Source: a virus (taxonomy: Duplodnaviria > Caudoviricetes). Taken from it: a stretch of 64,000 nt of DNA. The stretch is taken from the IMG/VR virus record IMGVR_UViG_3300031867_000005, positions 64,001 to 128,000 of that record. The stretch is one strand, 5' to 3'. The notes beneath the pieces are model-generated. The model saw nothing but the letters and a program-made list of their open reading frames with translations. It ran no database searches and was not told the DNA's origin. A program made the position numbers and the translations under genes. This document shows positions 11,716 through 22,440 of this stretch, piece after piece; positions within the stretch are counted from its first letter, which is position 1; the number at the start of each line of letters is the position of its first letter.

Positions 11716-14105
11716 AAACTCCTCACCAAATCTATTGCAGTATCATTTTTAGCAATATCAATCGCTTTGACACCTGTTGCAGAGCGAGAAAGTATTCTTA
11801 GTTCACTTGTAGAAATCTTAATACTTTTCCGCTTTACTATAATTATTATATCACAATCTTTATCAAAAGTCAAATATTTAATTATTCTATCGTTTTCTCT
11901 TATATCAGAGATTTTCTTACCTTTAATTCCTCTGTTGCATACTGGAAATTCATCTAAAGTAGTCTTCTTAATTAAGCCTTTCTCAGATAAAGTTATCATA
12001 TACTTATCAGAATTCTTAATTACTTTTGCGTCGATAACATAGTTTGAGTCAGACAACTTAATTGCTTTCACACCAGCTGTAACTCTTCCTGTTATTCTCA
12101 CATCTTCTGTATTTATTATAACATAATTTCCATCATAAGTCAATATTCCAACTTTTTCGTCATTCATAAAGAGGACATTAACGACTTCGTCGTCTTCCTT
12201 TAGATTGATAGCCTTTAAGGATTTCCCTCTTTTATTTTCATATTCTTCAGCCAATGTTTTCTTTATTATACCATATTTTGTAATAAAAGTAAAATATTTA
12301 ACTTTTTCTTTTTTATTAATTGAAGTAATGGTAGTAATTCTTTCATCTTTGTCTAATTCGAAAAGCTGGTTAATGTTAATTTTAGCGTTAATTGGCAAAT
12401 CATCAATTGAAAGATGATACATTATGCCTTTATTAGAAAAGACTAAGAGAGAACTAAGGTTGTCGTCGTTGATTGTTTTTATAACGACTTCGTTGCTTGC
12501 AAGTTTAATTTTTGTGCCTTTGCCGCCACGTCTTGTTTTTATTAGAGTTGTAGATTCTTGGGTATAAAGGTTGCCAAGATTCGTGTAGTGGATTAAAAGT
12601 TCTTTCTTTTCAATTGGTTCAGGATTATTTTCTTCTCCAGAAAAATCAAGACTGATATTCTTTGTTTTTCTTTCATCTCCATACTTATTAGAAATAGAAG
12701 TAATATCCTTAATCATTTCTTCTTTTATTTTTTCTTCTGATGAAAGAATTTCTTTAATCTTATCAGCTTGTTCTTGTTTTTCGTTCTTTTCTTTTTCCAA
12801 TTTCTCAATTTCCAAATGAGTTAAGCTAGAAAGCTTCATTTTCAAAATAGCGTCGGCTTGTATCTCGTCTATATGATACTTTTCAATTAAAAGATTCTTT
12901 GCAGTAGAAGTGGAAGAAGAATTTCTAATATCTTTTACTACTTCCTCAATATTGTGATAGGCAATAATAAGTCCTTCCAAAATATGAATTCTATCTAATA
13001 ACTTTTGCAAATCATATTGATAAGCTTTAACAATAACGTTTTTTAAATGAGACAGATATGTTTGAAGATGTTCTTTCCAAGAATACAGTTTAGGTCTTAA
13101 TCCATCTTCCAGCATATTTACATTAATTGAAAAACTATTTTGAAGAACAGTATGCTTATATAATGCCGCAATAACTCTTTTTGGGTTTGCTCCCTTATTT
13201 AATTTAATATAAATGCGAGGACCGTTGAAGTCAGTTCCGTCAGTAACACTGTCAATTCCCAAAAGAAGTCCATCTTCTATGGCTTTACTAATAGACGCAA
13301 CTGCATTAGTGGTAAAAGTCATATAAGGCATTTCATAGACTACAAGTTCGTTCTCTTTCTCATCATAATCAATCGAAGCCCTAATTAGGGCGGCCTTACC
13401 AGTTCCGTTCTTTAAACTTTCTTTAACTTCCTTCTCATTAATGATAGTGCCGCCAGTAGGAAAATCAATTGGACAATATATTTCTTCAAAAGAAGCGTCT
13501 GGATTATTTAAAAGTTTAATTGCGGCCGTACAAACATCTTTAAGATTATGTGGCGGTATTGAACTGGAACAAGCAACGCCAATGCCAAAACTTCCATTAA
13601 CCAGTCCATAAGGAAATTTTGTAGGAAGGACAGTTGGATATTCTTCCTCATTAGTATAATTCATTTTCCATGTGTCAACTGTATTCTTTTCTAAGAGATA
13701 ACTCATGTCATAAGCAATTTCGTTTCCTCTCATTTCCAAGTAACGAGCTTGTGAATAGTCATCTCCCGAAAGATAAGAACCATTGTTACCTTGCACTTCA
13801 ATAATAGGATAACGTAAGGAAAAATCTTGAGATAATCTAACTGCTGTCCCCAAGATAGACGCATCACCGTGCGGCGAGAACCGCATTGTAGCATTAACAG
13901 TAGCAACCGCCTTCCTTCTCTTTTGCTTACAAGTCAACTTATCCTTATACTGTGCATATAAGATAAATCTAGCACCTGTTTTTAATCCATCTCTTGCGTC
14001 TGGCAAGGCACGGGTTTGAATAACATAAGACGCATAGGGAGTATAGAAAGCTTGTAAAGCATCTGATACTTCCCAATCTTTATTATAAAATTGAATTTCA
14101 GGCAT
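11712..14105 (-). CDS. gyrA: DNA gyrase/topoisomerase IV subunit A
   Basis: RALPDARDGLK, PHGDAS, catalytic ARY, DFPTGG, GyrA-box-like RRGGKG and beta-pinwheel repeats; no TAG. Confidence 0.92.
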   Translation of the reverse strand: MPEIQFYNKDWEVSDALQAFYTPYASYVIQTRALPDARDGLKTGARFILYAQYKDKLTCKQKRRKAVATVNATMRFSPHGDASILGTAVRLSQDFSLRYPIIEVQGNNGSYLSGDDYSQARYLEMRGNEIAYDMSYLLEKNTVDTWKMNYTNEEEYPTVLPTKFPYGLVNGSFGIGVACSSSIPPHNLKDVCTAAIKLLNNPDASFEEIYCPIDFPTGGTIINEKEVKESLKNGTGKAALIRASIDYDEKENELVVYEMPYMTFTTNAVASISKAIEDGLLLGIDSVTDGTDFNGPRIYIKLNKGANPKRVIAALYKHTVLQNSFSINVNMLEDGLRPKLYSWKEHLQTYLSHLKNVIVKAYQYDLQKLLDRIHILEGLIIAYHNIEEVVKDIRNSSSTSTAKNLLIEKYHIDEIQADAILKMKLSSLTHLEIEKLEKEKNEKQEQADKIKEILSSEEKIKEEMIKDITSISNKYGDERKTKNISLDFSGEENNPEPIEKKELLIHYTNLGNLYTQESTTLIKTRRGGKGTKIKLASNEVVIKTINDDNLSSLLVFSNKGIMYHLSIDDLPINAKININQLFELDKDERITTITSINKKEKVKYFTFITKYGIIKKTLAEEYENKRGKSLKAINLKEDDEVVNVLFMNDEKVGILTYDGNYVIINTEDVRITGRVTAGVKAIKLSDSNYVIDAKVIKNSDKYMITLSEKGLIKKTTLDEFPVCNRGIKGKKISDIRENDRIIKYLTFDKDCDIIIIVKRKSIKISTSELRILSRSATGVKAIDIAKNDTAIDLVRSL

Positions 14106-14156
14106 TCTTTAATTCCCCCTTTACTATTAATAGTATATCATAATTTTTATAATAAG

Positions 14157-16353
14157 TCAATCATCTAAATCTTCAAAATTTGCATTTTCAAAAATATAAT
14201 TGCGTCTTTCTTCTATATTTTCTCCTAATAAAATATCAAAATACTTTTCTGCGGCCTCAGCATCATTCATAGTGAACTGAATTAGACGGGGTTCTTTTGA
14301 ACAGATAGTTGCCCTAAAATCTTGCGGAGTGCTTTCTCCCAAACCTTTCAATCTGGATATATCACCCTTAGGCAAGGACTTCAGTTCTTCTTCATTATAA
14401 GCATAATAGCACTTCCCCTTTGATTCAACCTTAAAGAGAGGGGTTGCACCCCAATAAACTTTTCCAGCTTGAATAAGTTGAGGATAGAACTTATATAAAA
14501 AAGTTAAAATCAAGCAATTGATGGAGAACCCGTCCTTATCCATGTCTGCGACCAAAACAATTTTCCCATATCTTAATTTCTTTAGATTGAAGTTAGGTCC
14601 ATATCCGCACCCCAAAGCTATGTGAAGCTGTTTTACCTCTTCATTCTTAGCAAGCTTCTCTTTATCATTTTTAAGGGCATTGATTAACTTACCTCTTAAA
14701 TCGAAGCAGGCGGTAGTCATAGCATCTCTTGCTTTTACGATCGCACCCTTGGCCGACTTTCCTTCTACGACGAAAAGCATTGAATTTTCATCATGCTTTC
14801 TACAGTCAACTAATTTTTCAGCTAAAACTACTTTCTTTTTAAGTTCCTTTTCAATCTCCTTATTCTGTTGCAAAATTGCCTGTCTTACCTTATCAGCTGC
14901 TTTTTCTGCTTTCTGGAATTTCTTCATCACCTCAATAACTCCAGAAAAATCAGGAGTATGAGAAAAGTCTTCCAATCCCTCTTTAAAGGCCGCAGAAGCA
15001 AGAGTCCTAAGATTTGCGTTGTTAATCTTCGATTTTGTCTGGTTAGAGAAAGATGGATTTGCAACCTTACAGTTGATCGCATAGACTAAACCCTTACGAA
15101 TCAAATCTGGGTCAAAATCTTGTCCACTTAATCTTTTAATTGTGTTGGTAATAGCAGTCTTAGCTCCTGTAATGGGAGATCCACCCTCAGGCACGACTAA
15201 CCCGTTGACAAAAACGTAAGATTTCTCTTGGCCACCAGTCCAAATGAAAGCAATTTCAATTTCATCAGAATCATCTTTCTTTGAAACAATAATTGGAGCT
15301 TTCATCATTGGCTTACTAAGCTTTTCAGCAATAAAGTCAGCAATACCATTCTTTGAGTAAAATTCCTGTCTTTTTCCAGAAACAGTTTCTACAACAAATT
15401 TAATTCCTTTATTTAGATAGGCAATGTTCTTAATTTCTTCACAAATTCTATCATAAGAAAATCCTTCCGTCATATTCTTGAAAACCTCTTTGTCTGGTTG
15501 AAACATTACATATGTGCCAGTTCCATTTGTAGGGCCGGCTTCTTTTTCAAAAGTTTTAATATCTGTTTCTGAGTAGTTTTCTAAGTTACCTTCGAAGAAA
15601 GAAGCCTCGGCAACTTTTCCATCTCTGAAACTTCTTACCATGAAGTGCTTAGAACTCATACATACTGCAGTGCCACCAATCTTTTGTGTTCAGTAGAGGT
15701 CGCTACTCTCTACTCGGGACTATTACCCAGCTTATAGTTTCCTATAAGAACAGACTATATCTTCTTAGACTCCTTTTTCGGTTCGCTTGAACCTAATTAC
15801 TCAAACACTACAAGTGTTCTTTCAATAGTCGTTGAACGTTCATCAATTAACTTGATGCTTCGCTGCGGGTTATCCAATCCTTAATAATTTTTACCATACC
15901 TCGGTCATTACCCTCGCCATGATAATATTGCTACTATCATTTGGTTATTAAGGCTCTAAGGATTTTCCCGACAATTTAAGAGTTTTTACAACGGCTATGG
16001 TGTTAACCGTTTAAACCTGAACTATTTTTATAAGCATTTTTATCAAACTTACCGCCAGTATGAGCTTCGGTATAAATGGCAACAAGTATATTTCGACCGT
16101 CAATAATGCCAAAAGGCACGCCACGACCTAAATCAGACACTTCAACAGTACTATCTTCCTCATTTAATCTAACTCGAATTTCCTTACCATACCCAGCTAA
16201 CGCCTCGTCTGTTGAGTTATTAATAATTTCTTTTAAAGCCTGATAAATGCCCTCCGTATCATCTGAGCCGAGATACATGGGAACTCTACTTCTTATGGCC
16301 TCTCTGGTTTCAAGGTGTTGGATATTCTCTGCACTATACTTACTTTCAGCCAT
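14157..16353 (-). CDS. gyrB: DNA gyrase/topoisomerase IV subunit B; exons 16353-16006 and 15680-14157
   Basis: EIINNSTDE, DLGRGVP, HTGGKF, spliced SGLNG-IGGTAV, VEGKSA, DMDKDG, RLKGLGE. Confidence 0.92.
15681..16005 (-). mobile_element. Group I intron (325 nt, no ORF) in gyrB
   Basis: P1 AACGGU/GCCGUU; CAACGACUA and AAGAUAUAGUCU core; terminal G; core resembles the phoH intron. Confidence 0.9.
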
Positions 16354-16385
16354 TCTATCTTCCTCCTTTTCATTATTGTATAAAT

Positions 16386-16414
16386 ATTATATCATAATAA
16401 AATAAAAAAGTCAA
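16386..16414 (-). promoter_or_regulatory. Sigma-A type promoter for gyrB
   Basis: TTGACT-17-TATAAT with extended TG. Confidence 0.75.
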
Positions 16415-16419
16415 GATAC

Positions 16420-17343
16420 TTAATCTTGACTCATTAAATAATTATATAATTCACTATCCTTATCTCTAACATCAAAAGCATCTAAAAAAGCAGTTCTATT
16501 AGGAATATTGGCATCTAAAGTCATATTGCAATACTTATCAATTTCAACACTAATATACTCCTTAATATTAGCTCCAAGTTCCTTTAGACTTATGAAGCCG
16601 CCGCCCATACCATCATACATTGACAATACTAAAATTTCCTCATTCTCAATGTTAGGAATGTTCTTAAGAAAATTTTTAATTACCTCAATCGTCCAACCAT
16701 TACCTAGTTGCTGATAACTTTGATTTTCGCTAATTGGCATTTTAACCCAATCAGGAATTGTCTGTAATTTTCTAGCTTCATTTATTGTTAGTTTTCTAAT
16801 CTTTCCATCAATTAAATAAAGACCAGTTCTTGCGCCAAGGCCGCCACTATTGGCACACATTGTGCAAGATTTTCCTTCAATTGAGTAAACTCGATTCCCC
16901 TGTGAATTTGAATTATTAATATATCCTAAACAAATCATACCAGTTTTTCCTTGCTTAATCTTATCTTTATACTTTATTTCTTTGTCAATAAATTCCCCAT
17001 CATATTTCTCAATTATATCCTTAACATACAAAGGACTTTGTTCCTTAGGGATTTCAACATTAGGAATATTAGTTATATAAAATCTTGCTCGACTTTGAGC
17101 AGAAAACAAATTACTATTAACATTATATCTTTTATAGCCTAATAATTTTTCAATTTCTTCTTTAATTTCCATTGAAGCAGAAGAATTATTCTCATATAAA
17201 AAATAATCAGGTTTAAAAATTTCTTTTGCAATTAAATAATTCTTAAACAACTCCCATCCTTCGCCCTCACATTGAGTTTCTCTATTTTTTTGTGCAATAC
17301 TCCATTTAGTGCAGGGTGAGCCGCCTAGTAACAATTTTATCAT
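16420..17343 (-). CDS. Circularly permuted C5-cytosine DNA methyltransferase
   Basis: Starts with motif IV GGSPC; VI ENN, VIII SAQSRAR, IX, X GNGW; then I SMYDGMGGG and II VEID at the C-terminus. Confidence 0.85.
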   Translation of the reverse strand: MIKLLLGGSPCTKWSIAQKNRETQCEGEGWELFKNYLIAKEIFKPDYFLYENNSSASMEIKEEIEKLLGYKRYNVNSNLFSAQSRARFYITNIPNVEIPKEQSPLYVKDIIEKYDGEFIDKEIKYKDKIKQGKTGMICLGYINNSNSQGNRVYSIEGKSCTMCANSGGLGARTGLYLIDGKIRKLTINEARKLQTIPDWVKMPISENQSYQQLGNGWTIEVIKNFLKNIPNIENEEILVLSMYDGMGGGFISLKELGANIKEYISVEIDKYCNMTLDANIPNRTAFLDAFDVRDKDSELYNYLMSQD

Positions 17344-17349
17344 ATAAAA

Positions 17350-17588
17350 TTATTCCTCCTTATTAGATTTTTCTTTTTCTACTCCTTGTCCTTTATTAAA
17401 ATTTTCTGGAGATACTACAACAGCATCCCTAAATCTACTATAGGTATAGCATTTTTCAGTTACGTCAACATTTTCAATTTCCTGAACAGTCCAATCACAG
17501 TCAATGAACTGTGCGCCCTTACCATCTTCTACTTGTTTAATTGCTTTACCATTTCAGGCGTTAGAATAAAATCCATTACATATTTCAT
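17350..17588 (-). pseudogene. Small ORF with apparent 1-nt frameshift near 17552
   Basis: RBS and MKYVMDFILTPE; protein-like continuation NGKAIKQVEDGK...KEE* lies in the -1 frame and ends at the next RBS. Confidence 0.4.
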
Positions 17589-17610
17589 TTAAATCCTCTC
17601 CTTTCTTAAT

Positions 17611-18195
17611 TTATATTTTGAAAAAAATTGCATAATTTTCTAAATCAGGAATGATATACTTTTCACCATTAAAATACTCAAAGGAAACATTAATCAATTT
17701 ATATCCATCATTATAAGGAATTACATGATAGCATTGTTGATTATAACTTCCTCTTAAGTCAATTCCTTTAATTTTTTTGTCTTTTTCATATCTACCATCT
17801 ATTAAATAGTTAATTTTTGTTATAATTTCTTTTCTTTTTCTATTTAACTCATTAGAAACTAGAATTTCATCAACTGTCATTCCTGTATAGAGAATGATTT
17901 CTTTTTTTGAGCCAAATTTCTTTCTTATTTCAGAACAGATTAAATTAACAGTATCAAGATTTTTATAGTATAAAGGGTCTCCACCACTAAGAACAAAATT
18001 CTTTACATATGGTTTATCTAGAGATTCTAGAATTTCTTCCATTACTTTAAAAGTAAATTCTTTTCCGTAATTGAAATCCCATGTTTGGGGATTATGACAT
18101 TCTTCACAGTGATTGGCACAACCACTTACAAAGAGGGTTGTGCTAATACCATGAGAGTTACCAGTATCGAATTTTATTATTTCACTATAGTTCAC
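17611..18195 (-). CDS. nrdG: Anaerobic ribonucleotide reductase activase
   Basis: LFVSGCANHCEECHNPQTW radical-SAM motif, SGGDPL, DGRY, RGSYNQ. Confidence 0.93.
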   Translation of the reverse strand: MNYSEIIKFDTGNSHGISTTLFVSGCANHCEECHNPQTWDFNYGKEFTFKVMEEILESLDKPYVKNFVLSGGDPLYYKNLDTVNLICSEIRKKFGSKKEIILYTGMTVDEILVSNELNRKRKEIITKINYLIDGRYEKDKKIKGIDLRGSYNQQCYHVIPYNDGYKLINVSFEYFNGEKYIIPDLENYAIFFKI

Positions 18196-18280
18196 TTTAT
18201 TCTCTCCTTTTATTATTATTTAATTAAGTTAAAGAGGAACTGCTCTGAGTGAGTTTAGATAGATTTATCCCTATGACAAG

Positions 18281-18317
18281 AAAAAAATAAGAGAGTAGGT
18301 TTAGAACCATACTCTCT
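18281..18317 (-). terminator. Intrinsic terminator ending the ncRNA candidate
   Basis: AGAGAGUA...UACUCUCU stem then UAUUUUUUU. Confidence 0.75.
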
Positions 18318-18882
18318 AAGAACTGCTCCTCGTGTCGTCTGAGATGAGTTCATCCATTGGATATAATGACTTTAACGTGCAGGTATACACGCCTTGAAAC
18401 TGGAAAAGAATATTTCGTCAAAATCCCTGCTTACCATTCTCCTAAGCAGAACCAGTTTCTACGCTTTTCATGGTCCTCCCCCAACTTTTATAGTAATTAT
18501 GTATACTATAGGTCTTAGATACCTTTTTAACTTTTAGATAATTACATTTTTCAAGCGGTCTTTATCTAACGTGTGATTTCTTTCTCACCAGCTCGCAATA
18601 CTATATACAGCATGGAGGAATAAAGTCTATCTCCCGACAGTCCTTATTCCTCTTTTTTGTATCGGAGAGCTGTTTAGAGCATTCCATCTCTCCGTAAGAT
18701 AAAAGATTATCTTAATTTGTCCTTAAACAAAGGACTATTCACTTGTAACCCAATTGTTATAAATTGGAGGTAATCACCAGTTGAGCATCTGGCGAAATAT
18801 TAGTCCACAGACTAAGCTCATTTTTACCGCTAATTTTATGTAATTGAAGTTGGAGTTGGAGTTATCTCTAACTTTTTCTTAC
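18281..18882 (-). ncRNA. Candidate ~600-nt large structured ncRNA
   Basis: No long ORF seen in either code; own promoter and terminator; many local and long-range helices. Confidence 0.7.
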
Positions 18883-18888
18883 AATATA

Positions 18889-18917
18889 ATTATATCATTA
18901 TTTTAATGAAAAGTCAA
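18889..18917 (-). promoter_or_regulatory. Sigma-A type promoter for the ncRNA candidate
   Basis: TTGACT-17-TATAAT with extended TG. Confidence 0.8.
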
Positions 18918-21900
18918 TTAATTCAAATGCTTTACCCTATTAGCTAGATCTTCGCTTCTACCTTGGTTAGGGGTATAGTTACTGATGTAGCCGCAGATCC
19001 TATAACTCGTATGAACTTTTTCTGGGTCTGTTTCCCCACAACATGGACATTTCCATCTTACAGTTCCATCTTCTGCAAACACTTTCTCAAAATCATATCC
19101 TTCAAAACCACAAACTCCACAAGTTGAAATTTCAGAGTTAATTTCAGCATACAAACATTCATTACTAATATGTTCAATTATTTCTAACATTGCATCTATA
19201 TTGTTGCTCATATTAGGAACTTCAACATAGGAAATTGAACCGCTTAATGTTTTATTACTAAATTGAGCTTCATCGGTTAATTTAGTGAAAGCATCGACTT
19301 TATCTTTTACAAAATGATGGTAAGAATTTGTAATATAATTACGTTTAGTTCCATCTCCAACGTGTCCAAATTTATTAATACAAGCTTTAGCAAATTTATC
19401 TGTTAAAGTTTCCATCATTTCTACCCTCGGTTTCCCGATATTTATTAGGGGATTAGACTATATCTTTATCTCAATTAAGATACCTTACATTTCGGTTTTT
19501 TGATATTATCTCACCTACATTTCACCCTATGATTGGGTCTACTCAGTTCTACAATATTGTAGCTTTTCCCTAGTCGTTAGACATTTATTAATTATTATTC
19601 ATTATTCATCATACTCAAAATAATATCCAGTTCTTGAAAAATGGACTGTCTTTTTACAATGCCGAGAAATAGTGCTTACACTTACTCCATATTTTTTAGC
19701 ACATTCACATATCGAGCCGATATGATCTATAATTTCACCATTAGAATTTAAAACACGAACAGGATGAGACTAAGAATCTTCATAGCCTTTAGTGTTTACT
19801 ATTAATCCATCATCATGTGCTTTCTAAGAATTTTCAGAATATGTTGTCCAATATAAATTTTCAATTCTGTTATCGGTTTTTATATTATTCATATGCCCAA
19901 CTATTGGTAAATTTTCTGGATTTGGAATAAAGGCCTATGCTATTAATCTATGTATTCTACAAGAATGATTTTTTCCATCCTTCATAGTAACATTACAATA
20001 TATGTATCCACTTGGCATTATAATTCTATTCTTTTTAGGAATAAATAACTAATTTGAAGTCAATTTATAAACATGACCATTTTTTGAAATATAATCCGTT
20101 TCACTTCCTTTAATTAGAATTATTTTTCCTTCGTTCTTTTCTATTTCTTCCTTAGCTAAAGTTCCATTTACAATAGCTTATCACCACCTTTTTTATTTAA
20201 ATGAATAATAATTAATTTTAGTACGGTGTTATCTCTGCCCTCTCGGGTTTAGAATTTCTTACCAGCTTATTTTTTTTATTCAGCTATGACCGTTTAGTAA
20301 GGATCGCTTTAATAATCACTTATTAAAGCCCCATGATTTTAGGAGTTCCATATAAACCAGCGGCCAATCCAGTATTTTTCTTAAATTCTGCATTTGAGTT
20401 ATTGAGATAATCAAGAATTTTATGAGCTAATACTTTACCTTTTCCTTCAAATTGATTTTCTCCAGTAATATATTTAACACACTCATAAAGTCCTGCATAT
20501 CCCAATGAAATTGATGGACGGCCGCTATAAACTTCTTTTTCAAGTGTATCTTCTGGGTTGAGTTTTGTTAGTCCACCAAATACCCACAGTAAAGGAGACT
20601 GACCAGCTTTAATCTTAGCAATATGGTTGGCACGCCATAACATATCTCTATGAGCAATGTCAAGATAGTAGTCAAGATTAGAGAAAAGAATTTCTTCCTT
20701 TCTGTCAGGATTATTTTCCATTGCAATAAAAGGAAGATTTAAACTTTGAACTCCAAGATTCCATCTGCCCCATAATTCATGAGCATTAGTTTCTGGATTG
20801 ATATACTCGTGTAATAGTGATCTACAACCCATCGGAGGCGTAGGAACACCTTTTAGTTCCTTATGAATCTTAACGCTCAAATAATCAGGAACTAATCTCT
20901 TTGCACTACACTCCGCACACAATTTTGTTATATCATAGTATTTCCCTCCTTTCATTGTATCCTCATCAAGAAAATACAAAATCTTTGGGAAATTAGGATT
21001 CGAATAAATACCATTCTTTTGCTTAATTCCTTGGATTCTTTGTTTTATAAATTCCTTAAAAACAAGAATTAAATCCTCAGTATAATTACTATCCTCATTT
21101 AACCAAACAGAAACAGATAAGAACGCCGCTTGACCTGTCCCAGCACAAAGAGTATTATTCTGATATAAAAAGGTTTGCATACCATCCTTAATTTCATTAG
21201 ACAAGTCTTCTTCAACCATTGCTTTCTTTACAGCGTCATCTACATTATATTTTTCGTATTTCTTTTCAAACTTCTTTCTACTTACATCAACAAATTTAGC
21301 AAGATGAAGAAGATTGATGGTTATACCCCCAAACTAAAGGTTAGTACTATGAGTGAGGACCTAAGTTGCTACCGTGCAAGCTGTTCTAAAACTCTTTGGC
21401 TTTTCAATCCAAATGCCATTAATCTCACAACCTTTAAACAATTCTTCTAGGTTTAAAAGACAACAGTTTGACATAGGTCTTGCACTATAGGCCATATCAT
21501 GGAAGTAGACTGCACCCTTATCATGAGCTTCCAAGCAATCTTTAGGAAGCATTTCTCTCATAAATTCCTTACTAGGAATCTCAGCTAAATAGGCACTTTT
21601 AATATGAGTTAGATTGGGGTTCTTGTTACCGTTTTCCTGAGCAATTTCAGGACTTACAAACAAAACCTTTTCGATTTCAGTTGGATTAGTCAAAGCTTTC
21701 TCCTTTTTTACTTTATAAGAACTATATTCTCTCGCTACTTGGGGCGGTGCCTCACGATAAAGGACACTCATTACCAGATTTTCAATCCTATTATTCTCAA
21801 TTTTATTATCCTTTGCGTAAAACCAAATTAAATCTTCAATTTCATCTACAATTGTATCAATTTCTTTAAAGTTAGGATATGTTACTTGGTTATAAGACTG

Positions 21901-21969
21901 AATAATTGCATTTCTAATCTTATTACGGTCATACTTCTGTATCAACCCATCTTCTTTGATTACTTCCAA
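18918..21969 (-). CDS. nrdD: Class III anaerobic ribonucleotide reductase; exons 21969-20341 and 19415-18918; TAG=Gln at 21361 and 21334
   Basis: ATP cone, YFHD, SNCCL, VAT[Q]...NL[Q]FGG, PMGCRS, spliced YGTP-METL, Zn site, RICGYI glycyl loop. Confidence 0.95.
19416..20340 (-). mobile_element. Group I intron (925 nt) in nrdD carrying an HNH endonuclease
   Basis: Exon ends CCU; IGS AUCAUGGGG; CUAACGACUAG and AAGAUAUAGUCU core; terminal G; frame restored. Confidence 0.9.
19602..20174 (-). CDS. Intron-encoded HNH homing endonuclease, about 190 aa; 4 TAG=Gln; probable ATT start
   Basis: IHRLIA[Q][29 protein letters not shown]...ENS[Q]KA; RBS AGGTGGTG. Confidence 0.85.
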
Positions 21970-21997
21970 AACAATCAACTCCTTTTCTTTTTTTTAA

Positions 21998-22026
21998 ATT
22001 ATAACATAAGATAAAGAAAAAGTCAA
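21998..22026 (-). promoter_or_regulatory. Sigma-A type promoter for nrdD
   Basis: TTGACT-17-TATAAT with extended TG. Confidence 0.75.
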
Positions 22027-22042
22027 GAAAATAATCTTGACT

Positions 22043-22432
22043 TTAAATAATTTCTTCCCAAACTTTTATTTCACTCATAATTGTCTTTATATAAGAATTC
22101 CCATTCAGAATTTCATACTAATTATACAATGATAATGCATTTTCCTTTACATAATGAGGAATCCTTTTTGAGTCTTTATATTTAAAATAAATTTGAGTAA
22201 TTTCATTACGTAATATTGCTAAATCTGTCTTATCTGAAATATCAATTCTCTACTCAATTTTTTCTAAAGATTGTCTAATCTCTTCATTAGCACCAGTTGA
22301 TTCTTCACGGATAACTTTCCTAAACCACTCCTTAGGCTTTTTGGTAATAATAGCTAGAAATGTTCCTAGTGTAATTAAAGAACCAGCTATTCCACCAATT
22401 GTTCCTAAGGCCGCAATTATTGTTGCCCACAT
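22043..22432 (-). CDS. Putative holin-like protein (one N-terminal TM); 2 TAG=Gln
   Basis: Hydrophobic N-terminus; LRNEITQIY...LYN[Q]YEILNGNSY resembles Firmicutes phage holin-annotated proteins. Confidence 0.55.
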
Positions 22433-22440
22433 TTTAATTT

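Noticed and set aside
18281-18882. Fifth group I intron, tmRNA or TAG-containing ORF
   Set aside because: No flanking exons, no GACUA/AUAGUC core in the expected arrangement, no tRNA-like ends, frequent TAA/TGA
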